A stretch of 63,917 nucleotides of DNA from an uncultured Gammaproteobacteria bacterium (GTDB lineage: Bacteria; Patescibacteriota; Patescibacteriia; Magasanikbacterales; GWA2-37-8). Position numbers and translations under genes: made by a program. Location: contig CAZMYO010000007.1 in NCBI GenBank assembly GCA_964570525.1, positions 1-63,917 on the forward strand, given 5' to 3'. The stretch's first letter is position 1, and each line of letters starts with the position of its first letter. Below are positions 56,405-63,917 of the stretch, in pieces. A model generated the notes under the pieces. That model saw nothing but the letters and a program-made list of their open reading frames with translations. It had not been told where the DNA came from and did no database searches.

Positions 56405-59263
56405 ATGCCTATCCCAAAGCTAACTAAGCGCTCTAGCCGTGTTTATGGAGCGGTTTTTATTCCCGAACGGCGCCTGCCTGCCGGCAGACAGGGCCCTCCC
56501 CGCGCTCGTTTTTCTGTGTCTAAAGTAAAGAGCCTGGTCTGGCTCACGCTCGTGGGCGCAGGGATCCTTGTTATAGGCGGTACAATCGCGGTCGCGATTA
56601 TTAGTCGGGATTTACCCGACCCCAATCATTTGGCCGATCGCCAGGTAGCCCAAAGCACAAAAATTTATGATCGTACCGGCGAACATCTTCTCTACGAAGT
56701 GTATCAGAACCAAAAGAGAACAATTGTCGGCCTGGATCAAATTTCTCCCCAGGCAATTCAGGCTACCGTGGCGATTGAAGACAAATATTTTTATGAGCAT
56801 AAAGGCATTCGCTTGCTAAGTATTTTACGAGCCGGTTTTAATAACCTGATCGGTCGACGCGCCGGATCGGGAGGGGCATCCACTCTCACCCAACAGCTTA
56901 TTAAAAATGCCGTGGTGGGCAACGAGCGCAGCTTTTTTCGTAAAGTAAAAGAGGCCATACTTGCTCTACAGCTAGAAAAAAAGTATTCCAAGGATGAAAT
57001 TCTTAAATTATATCTCAATGAAATTCCGTACGGTTCAACTAACTACGGCATTGAAGCGGCGGCGCAAAGTTATTTTCATAAGAGCGCCAAAGATTTAACG
57101 CTTCCGGAAGCGGCAACGCTCGCGGCCTTACCCAAAGCGCCCAGCCGGTATTTAAATAATTTGAACAGTCTGCGCGATCGGCGCGACGCGGTTCTGCGGC
57201 TGATGGCCGAGCAGGGATATATCACCGAAGCAGAAAAAAATGAAGCGCAGAACGCGGCTTTGCGCCTCTATCGCAATAACGGAATTTTGGACGCGCCGCA
57301 TTTCGTTCTGTACGTGAAACAGCTTTTAGCCGACCAGTTTGGGGAGACGCTCATAGACACCGGCGGATTTAAAGTCATCACTTCGTTGGATTACGATAAG
57401 CAAAAACTCGCGGAAAAAGTGGTAAAAGAAAATGGCGACCGTTTTGCCAAAGAGGCCAATGCCAACAACGCCGCTTTGGTTGCTCTTGATCCAAAGACAG
57501 CCCAGATTTTGGCGATGGTGGGTTCGCGCGACTATGAGAACGAAGACATTGACGGTCAATTTAATGTCGCGGTACTTGGAAAAAGACAGCCGGGCTCATC
57601 ATTTAAACCATTTGTCTATACGGCGGCTTTTGAGAAGGGTTACACGCCCGAGACGGTGCTTTATGACGTGACTACCGATTTTGATTTGCGCGCCGGAGAA
57701 GAAAAGTATAGCCCGAAAAATTATGATGACAAAGAGCATGGGCTTGTGACCATGCGCAAGGCTTTGCAGGGGTCGCTTAACATTCCCGCGGTGAAGACGC
57801 TTTATTTGGTTGGCATCAACAAAGCGATTGAATTCGCCAAACGATTTGGCTATACCACCTTTACCGGTGATTATGGATTAAGTTTGGTGTTGGGCGGCGC
57901 CGAAGTCAATCTCTTGGAGCACACCAACGCGTATGCCACCTTAGCCGATAATGGCGTTTATCATACGCCCGTGAGCATTCTTAAGGTAACAAACGATAAG
58001 GGCACATTTTTGGAGTGGAAAGAATCAGAGGGCGCGGAGGCAGTAAAGCCAGAACTCGCGGCCATCATTACTAATGTTTTGAGCGACAATGCTTCGCGAG
58101 CTTTTATTTTTGGCGTCAACAGCACACTCGTTTTGCCCGATCGGCCGGCGGCCGTCAAAACCGGTACGACTAACGACAATAAAGATGCTTGGACACTGGG
58201 CTACACACCTTCCCTTACCGCTGGCGTGTGGGTAGGCAACACCAAACCATCCCCCATGAAAGCGGGGGGGAATAAATTGGCCGGCGTAATTTGGAATCAG
58301 TTTATGCGCGAGGCTTTGAAGAATACTCCGGCGGAAGAGTTTCCCGCGCCGCCCGCGAATGATGCCGAGAAACCGGTGTTGCGGGGCGCGAGCGATGGAA
58401 TTAAACTGCCGATCAACCGGCTTACCGATAAAATCGCCACCTCATCCACGCCGGACAATTTGATAATTGAGAAAGTTTATTTGCCGCCGCACGATATTCT
58501 TCACTATGTGAATAAAGATGACCCGCGCGGCGCGGCACCCGTTAATCCCGGCGACGATCCGCAATATCAGAATTGGGAAAATGCTTTACAAGATTGGGTG
58601 GTGAGGCAGCAGCAGGCGGGAGTGGCCTTGGCTCTTGAGGAACCGCCGACCGGGTATGATACCGCGCAATCGGTTGAGCTAGAACCGGTTTTGGAAGTTA
58701 TTTCACCGACAGAGAACCAAGTGCTCGCGAGCCGAAACATAACGATTCAAGTTAAAGCGTCGGCTCCGCGCGGCGTGGCGCAGGTTTTGTATTATCTTGA
58801 TGGGTTGAGTATTGGCGCGAGCAGCCAATTCCCTTTTACGTTTAATTACTATGCTCAAAAATTAGCCAAGGGCCCGCACACCCTCAAAGTAATGGCCCAG
58901 GATGATACGGGCAACAGCGCGGTTAAGGAAATTTTTTTTGCTCTTCAGGCGGATTTTGACGCCCCCACATTTGACTGGTTTGATGCTTCGCCCTTGTCTA
59001 TCAAAGGCGACGCGTATCCCAGAACTTTTTATCTCGCGCCTTTTCGCTGGGAGGATGTTAAAGAGATAAAAATATTTTTGAAATCGGACGCGAACGAGAA
59101 ATGGATTTATACCTTTAATCATGCCGAGGATAAATTGTTCAACAATCAACTTATGTTTACGTGGCAACGCAGCCCCGGAGCGGGGAGCTACACCCTGCGC
59201 GCGGTGATGACGGATGCGTTGAATAATGTAATAGCAAAAGATTTGAATGTGGTTGTGCAATAA
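56405..59263 (+). CDS. class A penicillin-binding protein (PBP1A type; glycosyltransferase plus transpeptidase)
   Basis: GT51 motifs EDKYFYEHKG and GASTLTQQL. Transpeptidase motifs SSFKP, SLN and KTGTTND. A C-terminal Ig-like extension is present. Confidence 0.92.
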   Translation: MPIPKLTKRSSRVYGAVFIPERRLPAGRQGPPRARFSVSKVKSLVWLTLVGAGILVIGGTIAVAIISRDLPDPNHLADRQVAQSTKIYDRTGEHLLYEVYQNQKRTIVGLDQISPQAIQATVAIEDKYFYEHKGIRLLSILRAGFNNLIGRRAGSGGASTLTQQLIKNAVVGNERSFFRKVKEAILALQLEKKYSKDEILKLYLNEIPYGSTNYGIEAAAQSYFHKSAKDLTLPEAATLAALPKAPSRYLNNLNSLRDRRDAVLRLMAEQGYITEAEKNEAQNAALRLYRNNGILDAPHFVLYVKQLLADQFGETLIDTGGFKVITSLDYDKQKLAEKVVKENGDRFAKEANANNAALVALDPKTAQILAMVGSRDYENEDIDGQFNVAVLGKRQPGSSFKPFVYTAAFEKGYTPETVLYDVTTDFDLRAGEEKYSPKNYDDKEHGLVTMRKALQGSLNIPAVKTLYLVGINKAIEFAKRFGYTTFTGDYGLSLVLGGAEVNLLEHTNAYATLADNGVYHTPVSILKVTNDKGTFLEWKESEGAEAVKPELAAIITNVLSDNASRAFIFGVNSTLVLPDRPAAVKTGTTNDNKDAWTLGYTPSLTAGVWVGNTKPSPMKAGGNKLAGVIWNQFMREALKNTPAEEFPAPPANDAEKPVLRGASDGIKLPINRLTDKIATSSTPDNLIIEKVYLPPHDILHYVNKDDPRGAAPVNPGDDPQYQNWENALQDWVVRQQQAGVALALEEPPTGYDTAQSVELEPVLEVISPTENQVLASRNITIQVKASAPRGVAQVLYYLDGLSIGASSQFPFTFNYYAQKLAKGPHTLKVMAQDDTGNSAVKEIFFALQADFDAPTFDWFDASPLSIKGDAYPRTFYLAPFRWEDVKEIKIFLKSDANEKWIYTFNHAEDKLFNNQLMFTWQRSPGAGSYTLRAVMTDALNNVIAKDLNVVVQ

Positions 59264-59266
59264 AAC

Positions 59267-59310
59267 GTAGAGACGTAGCGCTGTAGAGACGTAGCGCGCT
59301 ACGTCTCTAC
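59267..59310. repeat. 28-nt perfect palindrome GTAGAGACGTAGCGCGCTACGTCTCTAC preceded by an extra half copy
   Basis: Read directly from the sequence. It lies between the convergent PBP1A and ruvB genes. Confidence 0.85.
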
Positions 59311-59319
59311 GGTGATTAT

Positions 59320-60357
59320 TTATAATAACGTCTGCGCCTTTGGCGCATCAAACCCAAGATGGGCATAGGCCGCGGATGTGGCTTTGCGGCCGCGCGGCGT
59401 GCGCTCCAAAAATCCGATCCGCAGTAAAAAAGGTTCGTAGATGGTTTCAATCGTGTCCATTTCTTCCGAGATGGCGGCGGCGAGCGTATTGAGGCCGACG
59501 GGGCCGCCTTTGAATTTTTCGATGAGAGCCGAGAGCAGCCGCCGATCAATTTCATCCAGACCATGTTCATCGATACCGAGCATACCTAGAGCTTTTTGGG
59601 CGATTTTTTTGTCTATTTTTCCTTCGCCCTCCACTTCCGCCACATCGCGGATGCGTTTTAAGAGGCGGTTGGCGATTCGGGGGGTGCGGCGGGCGCGAGC
59701 GGCGATCAGGGCGAGCGGTTCGTCAACGAGCGCAACCTTTAGAATAGTGGCGTTGCGGCGAAGAATTTGTTCAATGTCCTGATTTTCGTAAAAATTTAGA
59801 TGATATGTGTGGCCAAAACGGTCGCGCAACGGGCCGGAAAGGAGACTTAATTTGGTGGTGGCGCCGATTAAAGTAAAATGATTGAGCGGCATCCTGATAG
59901 TGCGGGCGGCCGGGCCATGTCCAAGAATAATGTCCAAGGAATAATCTTCGAGCGCCGGATAAAGCACTTCTTCAATGGTTTTGTTGAGGCGATGAATTTC
60001 ATCAATAAATAAAATTTCTCCTTCGTTCAGATTGGAAAGAATAGCCGCCAGGTCGCCGACTTTTTCCAGAGCCGGGCCGGAAGTAACTCTGATGGAGGCA
60101 GCCATTTCTTTAGCGATGATGTGCGCGAGCGTGGTTTTGCCGAGTCCCGGATTGCCGTATAAAAGGACATGCTCCAGCGCCTCGTTGCGTTTTTTGGCGG
60201 CCTCAATCGAGATAGAGAGATTTTGTTTAATCTGTTCTTGGCCGACAAAATCAGCCAGCTGCGCCGGGCGCAGGGTGACATCAAGTTTTACCTCCTCTTC
60301 TTGAGTGGCTGGCTCAACAAGTCGTTCGGTACTGTTCAGTTGAATTTCTTCTTTCAT
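59320..60357 (-). CDS. ruvB: Holliday junction branch migration helicase RuvB
   Basis: Walker [10 protein letters not shown] and Walker [11 protein letters not shown]. 345 aa. Confidence 0.95.
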   Translation of the reverse strand: MKEEIQLNSTERLVEPATQEEEVKLDVTLRPAQLADFVGQEQIKQNLSISIEAAKKRNEALEHVLLYGNPGLGKTTLAHIIAKEMAASIRVTSGPALEKVGDLAAILSNLNEGEILFIDEIHRLNKTIEEVLYPALEDYSLDIILGHGPAARTIRMPLNHFTLIGATTKLSLLSGPLRDRFGHTYHLNFYENQDIEQILRRNATILKVALVDEPLALIAARARRTPRIANRLLKRIRDVAEVEGEGKIDKKIAQKALGMLGIDEHGLDEIDRRLLSALIEKFKGGPVGLNTLAAAISEEMDTIETIYEPFLLRIGFLERTPRGRKATSAAYAHLGFDAPKAQTLL

Positions 60358-60428
60358 AGCGCTGATATTGTAGTATAGAAATTGAATGGTGTAAAGATTT
60401 TATTTTTTAGATCTGATCTACGATAAAA

Positions 60429-60457
60429 TTGACTAAATCAAGTTTTTTTGATAAAAA
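60429..60457 (+). promoter_or_regulatory. sigma70-like promoter (TTGACT-N17-TAAAAA)
   Basis: Read directly from the sequence. The -10 is weak. Confidence 0.4.
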
Positions 60458-60490
60458 ATAGAGAGGATTTAACCAAGAAAGGGGGAAACC

Positions 60491-61642
60491 ATGGCTCGAA
60501 CCAAGGATGCGCTGGCGGGCTACCGGCGTCCCCGGTGGAGCATTCGCCAAGTAAACGGTTTCGATATCCGCAATCGCTATCCCGATTGGGACGTGGTCGA
60601 AACTTATTTTTCGGTGGACGATGCTTTGGCGCCGTTTGTCCCGCGCGGCGAAGCGTGGATAGACCGTAGATTTTGGCGCGAGCGGGATCATTTGCTCGAT
60701 GTTCATTGGCGCGAACAAATGTTGCATAAGCGAGGATGGCCGCCAAGCCGGATTCGCTCTTATCTTAAGACGCGGCTGACGAAAGCGGGGCCAGCGCCGG
60801 AGTTCGTGGTGCGAACTCGGCAGCAGGACGGCCTCAAAATTTGTTACGTCCGCGGCGATATCGTGCGCGCCTATATTGATCCCGGATTCATCTTTGGCGG
60901 ACATGATCTGGTTTACCGAGATTACATTCCGGCTGGTGAGGTCTGGATCGATATTAGGCAAGACGCGCGGGAAATTAAGTATACGCTGTTCCATGAACTG
61001 TTTGAGCGGCGGTTGATGGCGCGCGGCCTGCGTTATACTCGGGCGCATGAATTGGCGACGGAGGCGGAGAAAAAATTGCGGAGCAAAGAACTTCGCAAGC
61101 CACAGCCGTTGAAGATTAAGGCGTTCGGTCAAAAGGCAGACTTTTGCGGCCCGGCCGCTCTGCGAATCGTGGCCAATTATTTCGGCAATAAAAAGGCCGA
61201 AAATGACCTAGGCGAGCTGTGCGGCACGAAAGTTCCGGACGGAACCGAGCATGCCGGGCTCATTCAAGGCGCGAAAGCCATCGGCGCCGCTGTTTTTACC
61301 AAGGACAGCGGATCGCTCAATGAATTGCGCCACTTCATTCATAAGCAGCGCTTGCCGGTGATTGTGGGCTGGTGGTCGGGACCGGACTACACTCGGGAAG
61401 AAGTTCTTGGCAATCGCGAGCTGGATCAAGGACATTTTTCCGCGGTTTATCACCTGACCAGCCGCTACATTTATTTGATGGATCCGGAGACGGAAACCGG
61501 CCAGCGTAAAATTACGCTCCAGAAATTCCTGGCGAAATGGTGGGATTTGGACACGCCGGAATACAATCGAGTGGATCGCTGGTATCTGGTCATTAATTTT
61601 GACCGTAAGACCTTTAAGGTCCCTGGTGGTTCGAATCATTAA
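60491..61642 (+). CDS. hypothetical protein with a C-terminal papain-like (peptidase C39-like) domain (GC-rich orphan)
   Basis: The C-terminal half has QKADFCGPAALRIVANYF (candidate catalytic Cys) and QGHFSAVYHL (candidate His). The N-terminal half shows an internal duplication (..IRNRYPDWD..PRGEAWIDRRF / ..VRAYIDPGF..PAGEVWIDIRQ). ATG follows AAGGGGGA. Confidence 0.6.
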   Translation: MARTKDALAGYRRPRWSIRQVNGFDIRNRYPDWDVVETYFSVDDALAPFVPRGEAWIDRRFWRERDHLLDVHWREQMLHKRGWPPSRIRSYLKTRLTKAGPAPEFVVRTRQQDGLKICYVRGDIVRAYIDPGFIFGGHDLVYRDYIPAGEVWIDIRQDAREIKYTLFHELFERRLMARGLRYTRAHELATEAEKKLRSKELRKPQPLKIKAFGQKADFCGPAALRIVANYFGNKKAENDLGELCGTKVPDGTEHAGLIQGAKAIGAAVFTKDSGSLNELRHFIHKQRLPVIVGWWSGPDYTREEVLGNRELDQGHFSAVYHLTSRYIYLMDPETETGQRKITLQKFLAKWWDLDTPEYNRVDRWYLVINFDRKTFKVPGGSNH

Positions 61643-61646
61643 TTTT

Positions 61647-61676
61647 GCCCTCCGCTATTACAACGGAGGGCTTTTC
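61647..61676 (+). terminator. rho-independent terminator
   Basis: gccctccg-ctattacaa-cggagggc hairpin followed by tttt. Confidence 0.7.
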
Positions 61677-61780
61677 AATTGACTAAAAATTAACAACCAA
61701 GGTTTGCTAGTTATTTTAAGAAATGATATTATAAGCGAAGCTTGAAATTGCGGCAGGTCTCACAAATTTTAACCTAGTTT

Positions 61781-62257
61781 ATGTCGTCCGAATTTGAGAA
61801 AAATCAAGAGGCGCGGCGGCGAAGAAATTCCCTCGAGGGGGCGGAGGCAAGTCTTGAGGCGAAAGAGAAACAAGCAGAAGAAGTGGAAAAGAAAATGGCG
61901 GCCAAGGAGAGGATTGAGGCAGTGGGTAAAGAGGTAAAAAGCACAAAAAATCAAATTCAGAACATTGTGGCTAATATGGCGGCTGTGGTAAAAGCGGTGG
62001 CCGCAATTCGGGCGCAGCTTCAGATTCAGCATGATGAGGAGATACCGTCGCTGAAGCACGATACAAAGGCGCTGGAAGCTTTAAAGAAAAAATTAGCCAA
62101 CTTGTATAGCGAAATTAAAGATTTAAAGGCCGCGCTCCTCGCCGAAGAAGCCAAGAGTGTTCGAGAAGAGCATAAAGATTGGCCGGACAAGGCGGTAGCC
62201 GAAGAAGCCAAAGAGCGCGTGGCAGAAATTTTGCGTAGACTCGGCCTAGAAAATTAA
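61781..62257 (+). CDS. hypothetical coiled-coil protein (158 aa)
   Basis: K/E/A-rich heptad-like sequence throughout. No enzymatic motif. Confidence 0.55.
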   Translation: MSSEFEKNQEARRRRNSLEGAEASLEAKEKQAEEVEKKMAAKERIEAVGKEVKSTKNQIQNIVANMAAVVKAVAAIRAQLQIQHDEEIPSLKHDTKALEALKKKLANLYSEIKDLKAALLAEEAKSVREEHKDWPDKAVAEEAKERVAEILRRLGLEN

Positions 62258-62274
62258 AAGATGGATAAAATACT

Positions 62275-62700
62275 ATGACTCCACACGCATTGCTGTTTAC
62301 CTTGGCCGCTATCGGCATCAGCGAGACAGTGTACCTTATTCGCAAACGAACGGTTCAAGAAAAACCGGTCTGCATTATCGGCGAAACGTGTCACATAGTC
62401 CTCGAGAGTAAATATAGTAAAATGTTTGGTATTCCCAACGATGTTTTGGGCCTGCTCTTTTACCTCATGATCTCTGCCATCACCGCTTTTTTGGTTATTG
62501 GCATTGAGCCTGTTATCTGGCTGGACAGACTGGCAAAGGTTTTAGTTCTGGGAGCGGCGACACTGTCATTGTATCTTATTTATCTCCAATGGCGCGTACT
62601 TAAGGCGTGGTGTTTTTGGTGCCTGATGTCCGCCACGACTGTTTTCTTAATGGCGGCCATTGTTTTATTAACCAATCTTCGTATTTTAAGTTATTTATAA
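62275..62700 (+). CDS. vitamin K epoxide reductase (VKOR) family protein
   Basis: Four TM helices with a loop Cys pair (PVCIIGETC) and the active-site CFWC in the last helix region. Confidence 0.75.
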   Translation: MTPHALLFTLAAIGISETVYLIRKRTVQEKPVCIIGETCHIVLESKYSKMFGIPNDVLGLLFYLMISAITAFLVIGIEPVIWLDRLAKVLVLGAATLSLYLIYLQWRVLKAWCFWCLMSATTVFLMAAIVLLTNLRILSYL

Positions 62701-62706
62701 TTATCT

Positions 62707-63102
62707 ATGTTTATGAAAAAATCCGCGCATCATATTTTACGCGTCGGCCTGGCGATAACTTTTTTGTGGATCGGCATTCTTATTTTTCGCGAACCGGAAG
62801 GCTGGGGCAGCATTCTTCAGCCGTGGGCGGCTAATCTTTTGCCGATTCCTTTGAAAGAAGCGATGATTGGCACGGCTATACTCGATATGGTTATCGGGCT
62901 GCTGCTTCTTATTGATGTGGTGACGTGGCTCGCGGCCTTGGTCGGCGCGGCGCACCTGGTTATTGTTCTTACGGTTACCGGCATTACCGGCATTACAGTT
63001 CGCGATATCGGTTTGCTCACCGGGCTTCTGGCGCTTATGGTAACCGCCTGGCCGGAAAAGTTTTATTTTTGGAAGAAAAAGAATAAGGCAATACCGAATT
63101 AG
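62707..63102 (+). CDS. small polytopic membrane protein (DoxX-like)
   Basis: 131 aa with four hydrophobic helices. It starts 7 nt after the VKOR gene stop. Confidence 0.5.
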   Translation: MFMKKSAHHILRVGLAITFLWIGILIFREPEGWGSILQPWAANLLPIPLKEAMIGTAILDMVIGLLLLIDVVTWLAALVGAAHLVIVLTVTGITGITVRDIGLLTGLLALMVTAWPEKFYFWKKKNKAIPN

Positions 63103-63118
63103 TTTCTTAGATCAGAAT

Positions 63119-63152
63119 AAAAAAACGATTCTTAAACAAGAACCGTTTTTTT
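63119..63152. terminator. bidirectional terminator
   Basis: aaaaaaacgattcttaaacaagaaccgttttttt. Confidence 0.7.
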
Positions 63153-63159
63153 ATTAGTA

Positions 63160-63221
63160 ACTGGACTGCTCTCGTCTGAAGCGTAGAAACTAAACTTCAA
63201 ACGAGATGTGAGCAGTCCAGT
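63160..63221. other. 62-nt long hairpin of unknown role
   Basis: actggactgctc..tcgtctgaag...cttcaaacgaga..gagcagtccagt. Confidence 0.5.
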
Positions 63222-63266
63222 AGACCTACTCTCACCTCGCCCCTTGGTTGGGGAGAAGGCTGTAGG

Positions 63267-63917
63267 CTACTTGCCGCCCGCCTTACCCTTCGGCGATAGG
63301 AGCAGCGAAGGGTTTGGCGCCGTGATCACCAGGTTGCCGTTCTTGCCGGCTTCCTCGTAGATCTTCGGCATCTTGGTCTGCATGTCGAATTGGAGGTACT
63401 CCGGGTTGCGCCGGAGCGCCGCCCCGATCTGGTTGATCTTGACCGCCTCGACTTGGCCTTCCTTCTCCGACAGCTGGCGGCGCATGTCCATGGTCTTGGT
63501 CTCCGCCTCGACTTTCTCGCGTTCGGCGATGGCCTTGTCCTTGAGGACGCCCTGGACCGCGCGCTCGGTGTTGGCGTGGTTCATCTCCTCCGGGAACTGC
63601 AGGTTGGAGAGAATGACCTCGTTGACCTGCACCGCCTTCTCCTTCTTCTCCATGCTCTCGACGAAGCGCTTGCGGATGGTGACGAGGATCTCCTCGCGCT
63701 GGTCGTTGACGTCGTTGGCGCGGTAGGGCGAGACTGTCTCGCGGACCGCCTCACCGATGGCCGGCCGGACGTAGGTGTCATAGAGCTGCTGGCTGGAAAC
63801 GGTGTTGTCCTTGCCAGCCGAGAGCGTCGTCAGCAGCCTCTCGACCGAGGCGTCCGTGCAGTCGGCGCCGTAGCGGATGTAGACGTCCAGGCCGAACTGC
63901 ACACCGTCCTTGGTCAG
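63267..63917 (-). CDS. SPFH/band-7 (prohibitin-like) domain protein, 5' end beyond the window (GC-rich)
   Basis: The frame is open to the window edge. SPFH-like core (..GLDVYIRY.., EVILSNLQFPEE) is followed by a coiled coil and a Lys/Gly tail. Confidence 0.65.
   Translation of the reverse strand: MTKDGVQFGLDVYIRYGADCTDASVERLLTTLSAGKDNTVSSQQLYDTYVRPAIGEAVRETVSPYRANDVNDQREEILVTIRKRFVESMEKKEKAVQVNEVILSNLQFPEEMNHANTERAVQGVLKDKAIAEREKVEAETKTMDMRRQLSEKEGQVEAVKINQIGAALRRNPEYLQFDMQTKMPKIYEEAGKNGNLVITAPNPSLLLSPKGKAGGK

Noticed and set aside
60407-61132. 241-aa minus-strand ORF overlapping the C39-like gene
   Set aside because: It is a shadow ORF of a GC-rich gene. It has no start context and no motifs. 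The plus-strand ORF has an SD site, a terminator and a recognisable domain.
1-63917. Prophage, transposon or integrative element with its own recombinase
   Set aside because: No integrase, transposase, capsid, terminase or relaxase-like translation was seen in any listed ORF. Mobility signatures are limited to repeats, tRNA fragments, a GIY-YIG gene and the TA cassette.

Overview
The window reads as chromosomal DNA from a small-genome bacterium. Gene content suggests a CPR/Patescibacteria-like organism, but that is inference only. The backbone is AT-leaning housekeeping genes. It includes the replication-origin neighbourhood (rpmH-rnpA-yidD, dnaA-dnaN), polA, holA, recQ, ruvB, rmuC, nfo, nrdAB, tdk, guaB, pncAB, tig, rpsT, hppA, uppS, lspA, a PBP1A, an M23/LysM hydrolase, a 3D-domain protein, an ABC-F ATPase and comM. 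I found six intact tRNA genes: Ala-CGC, Arg-CCT, Cys-GCA, Ala-TGC, Ser-CGA and Ser-TGA. I saw no rRNA, CRISPR array, integrase or transposase. Three things stand out beyond the ordinary genes. (1) There is a dense population of short repeats. These are heptamer/AAAGTC arrays, several families of GC-rich palindromic elements and 28-nt perfect palindromes. Some sit in frame inside coding sequences, including three 7-nt x 4 tandem repeats inside polA. (2) The tRNA loci carry half-tRNA duplications. A Doc/HTH toxin-antitoxin cassette bracketed by perfect 42-nt direct repeats abuts tRNA-Ser. (3) About 15 visibly GC-richer orphan genes are scattered singly between housekeeping genes. Most have a strong Shine-Dalgarno (SD) site, and several also have a consensus promoter and a terminator. 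They include a 913-aa coiled-coil/metallophosphoesterase protein, a papain/C39-like protein, lipoproteins and many CxxC zinc-ribbon proteins. A ~300-nt ORF-free transcription unit looks like an unclassified structured RNA. Coordinates of hand-indexed small features may be off by 1-2 nt. No database search or computation was possible, so all family calls rest on motifs visible in the translations.
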